DNA of 29,919 nucleotides from Promethearchaeia archaeon (lineage in GTDB: Archaea > Asgardarchaeota > Lokiarchaeia > Sigyniarchaeales > SOKP01): the NCBI GenBank assembly GCA_029856045.1, contig JAHQWG010000030.1, positions 1-29,919 on the forward strand, in the 5' to 3' direction. Of the stretch, positions 28,630 through 29,919 are shown piece after piece. The notes under the pieces are model-generated. The model had not been told where the DNA came from, did no database searches, and was given only the letters and a program-made list of their open reading frames with translations. Numbering within the stretch: position 1 is the first letter of the stretch; each line of letters begins with the position of its first letter. A program made the position numbers and the translations under genes.

Positions 28630-29189
28630 TAAGCGGTAAGGATATTTCAGTTGCAAAAAAACTTGAAAAATTATTGGCTGAAGTTGTTCACATTCTTCTA
28701 AATGGGAAACCAGTTATTGCAGCAATTAATAATAGGGCGTTAGGTGGGGGTCTTGAAATACCTCTGTTTTGCGATTATAGAGTTGCACTTAATGAAGGTT
28801 ATTACCAAATGCCAGAAATTCTTATAAACGTTTTTCCTGGAACAGGCTGTATAACTCAGATGGTTCGCACGATAGGTCCGTTATTGACAAAAAAGATACT
28901 AATGTGGGGTGAAAAACTTACGCCAGAACAAGCTTTAAATTTTGGATTAATAGATGAGCTTGTGAATACCATGGATGAATTAATGGCAGTCGCTATGGAA
29001 AAGGCAAAATTTCTTTCTTCAAGAAATCAGGCGGTAATTAACGGTATAAGGCTGTGTGCAAATCATGTCTGGGAAAAAATTTATGATGAGGCCTATAAAA
29101 TGGAGAATTATTGTAGTAACTGGTTTGAAATTGGAAAATAAGGCTTTATATCTAAATTTAAACAAGAGTTTAATTTAGAAGAAAAATAA
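28630..29189 (+). pseudogene. Enoyl-CoA hydratase copy B: 5'-truncated, with a premature stop
   Basis: Ungapped match to 20212..20771 (offset 8418), missing the first ~75 codons. GAA>TAA at 29139-29141, after which GFISKFKQEFNLEEK* continues to the original stop. Confidence 0.95.
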
Positions 29190-29239
29190 TAAAAAAAAAT
29201 GAATTTAAAATTTATTAAATTCTACGCTATAATAGATGA

Positions 29240-29542
29240 TTAACCTAATCCAAGCATTGCTAAGACATCTTTTGATTCCATTAGAATCTCCATCTTAGCC
29301 TTAAAACCCTCAATAGTAAAATATGTTGAATATCGTTTCCCAATTGCCTTCATTGCCTCCATGATTTTATCATCTGGAACCTCATAAAGTACATAACCCT
29401 TAGTATCATAATCCATTACTACGAATCGATGGATTGGTTTTACAAAATCTGGATATTTTGCTTGTTTTCCTGAAGCATGTAATTTCACATATTCTTCTCC
29501 TTTATGAGGTGGAAGTATTGTGGTTACTAAAATAAATACCAT
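29240..29542 (-). CDS. Small hypothetical protein (100 aa), possibly ferredoxin-like alpha/beta (DUF3303-like)
   Basis: Clean ORF with a GAGGT RBS, and a paralogous C-terminus at the window end supports it being coding. The fold is inferred from the strand/helix pattern. Confidence 0.7.
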   Translation of the reverse strand: MVFILVTTILPPHKGEEYVKLHASGKQAKYPDFVKPIHRFVVMDYDTKGYVLYEVPDDKIMEAMKAIGKRYSTYFTIEGFKAKMEILMESKDVLAMLGLG

Positions 29543-29715
29543 AACTTATTTTTACCTCTATTATTTTTTTTGTTCAACAAAGGATATTAGAGCAAAGGAA
29601 TTATTTTTTCTCAAATATAAAAGGTTTTACTTTTTTATCAAAAATTATAATAAAATAAGCAATAATTAGAAGTAGGAGAAATAAAGTTACCATCCTTTTC
29701 ATCAATTGATTTTTG

Positions 29716-29820
29716 AATTACTATCATCACTGACTTGAAATTAGGAAAGAGGATTTGATATTGAAATTTAAAAAGGAGTTTTATTTAGAAGAAAGAAAAA
29801 AAAAAAACGAATTTAAAATT
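29716..29820 (+). pseudogene. Enoyl-CoA hydratase copy C: eroded 3' tail plus downstream A-run
   Basis: NYYHH*LEIRKEDLILKFKKEFYLEER vs NYCSNWFEIGKEGFILKFKKEFNLEEK (17/27 aa), followed by an A-run + GAATTTAAAATTT as after copy B. Confidence 0.85.
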
Positions 29821-29858
29821 TTTATAATATTTCTGGTTTCATTTGCTTTATTGAAATG

Positions 29859-29919
29859 TTAAGCAAGTCCTATCATTGCTAATGCATCTTTCGATTCTAG
29901 TAGGGGGATTAATTTATAT
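29859..29919 (-). CDS. C-terminus of a paralogue of the 29240..29542 protein (runs off the window)
   Basis: Minus-strand YKLIPLLESKDALAMIGLA* vs AKMEILMESKDVLAMLGLG*. Confidence 0.8.
   Translation of the reverse strand, partial: YKLIPLLESKDALAMIGLA

Noticed and set aside
28674-29141. 155-aa ECH ORF as a functional gene
   Set aside because: The TTG start is an internal Leu codon of the parent, the first oxyanion segment is missing, and the stop is premature.
3806-29820. Diversity-generating retroelement (template/variable repeat) explanation for the diverged repeats
   Set aside because: Differences are not adenine-specific, are enriched at synonymous positions, and no reverse transcriptase is present.
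1-29919. CRISPR array, tRNA/rRNA, integron or prophage
   Set aside because: I saw no regularly spaced short repeats, cloverleaf or rRNA-like GC-rich tracts, integrase, canonical attC ends or phage genes; a covariance-model search was not possible.

Overview
AT-rich (roughly 30% GC by eye) prokaryotic window, most consistent with an Asgard archaeon (Lokiarchaeia-like). That is an inference from GGTG/GAGGT ribosome-binding motifs, TTTATAAA boxes, oligo-T terminators, a stand-alone 7TM protein, and a mix of bacterial-type metabolic genes with one eukaryote-like protein. Contents from left to right: an AbrB-type regulator, a membrane SAM methyltransferase, a cold-shock protein, an MBL hydrolase and alanine dehydrogenase; then an APC permease and an Arb2/FAM172A-like alpha/beta-hydrolase bracketed by a direct repeat, followed by an N-formylglutamate amidohydrolase-like gene. 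Next comes a glycan-use block (GH2 beta-mannosidase, GGR-family reductase, Thr-type sulfatase-superfamily enzyme, GH94-like enzyme, Rpe, GPH sugar transporter, TetR), then a TspO-like protein, enoyl-CoA hydratase, the 7TM protein and an ArsR-type regulator. The window ends with an uncharacterised glycyl-radical enzyme locus (GRE, tandem split-barrel protein, activase, DUF4125-like protein) and a cluster of gene relics. Most notable: (1) a compact Arb2/FAM172A homologue; (2) a GRE coupled to a double split-beta-barrel protein; (3) four same-orientation, diverged gene-end relics, each separated from its parent copy by cargo genes, suggesting repeated anchor-gene replacement with cargo capture; (4) a 200-bp TA-flanked MITE at one junction. 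All family assignments come from recalled motifs; no database search was run, and identities are hand counts.
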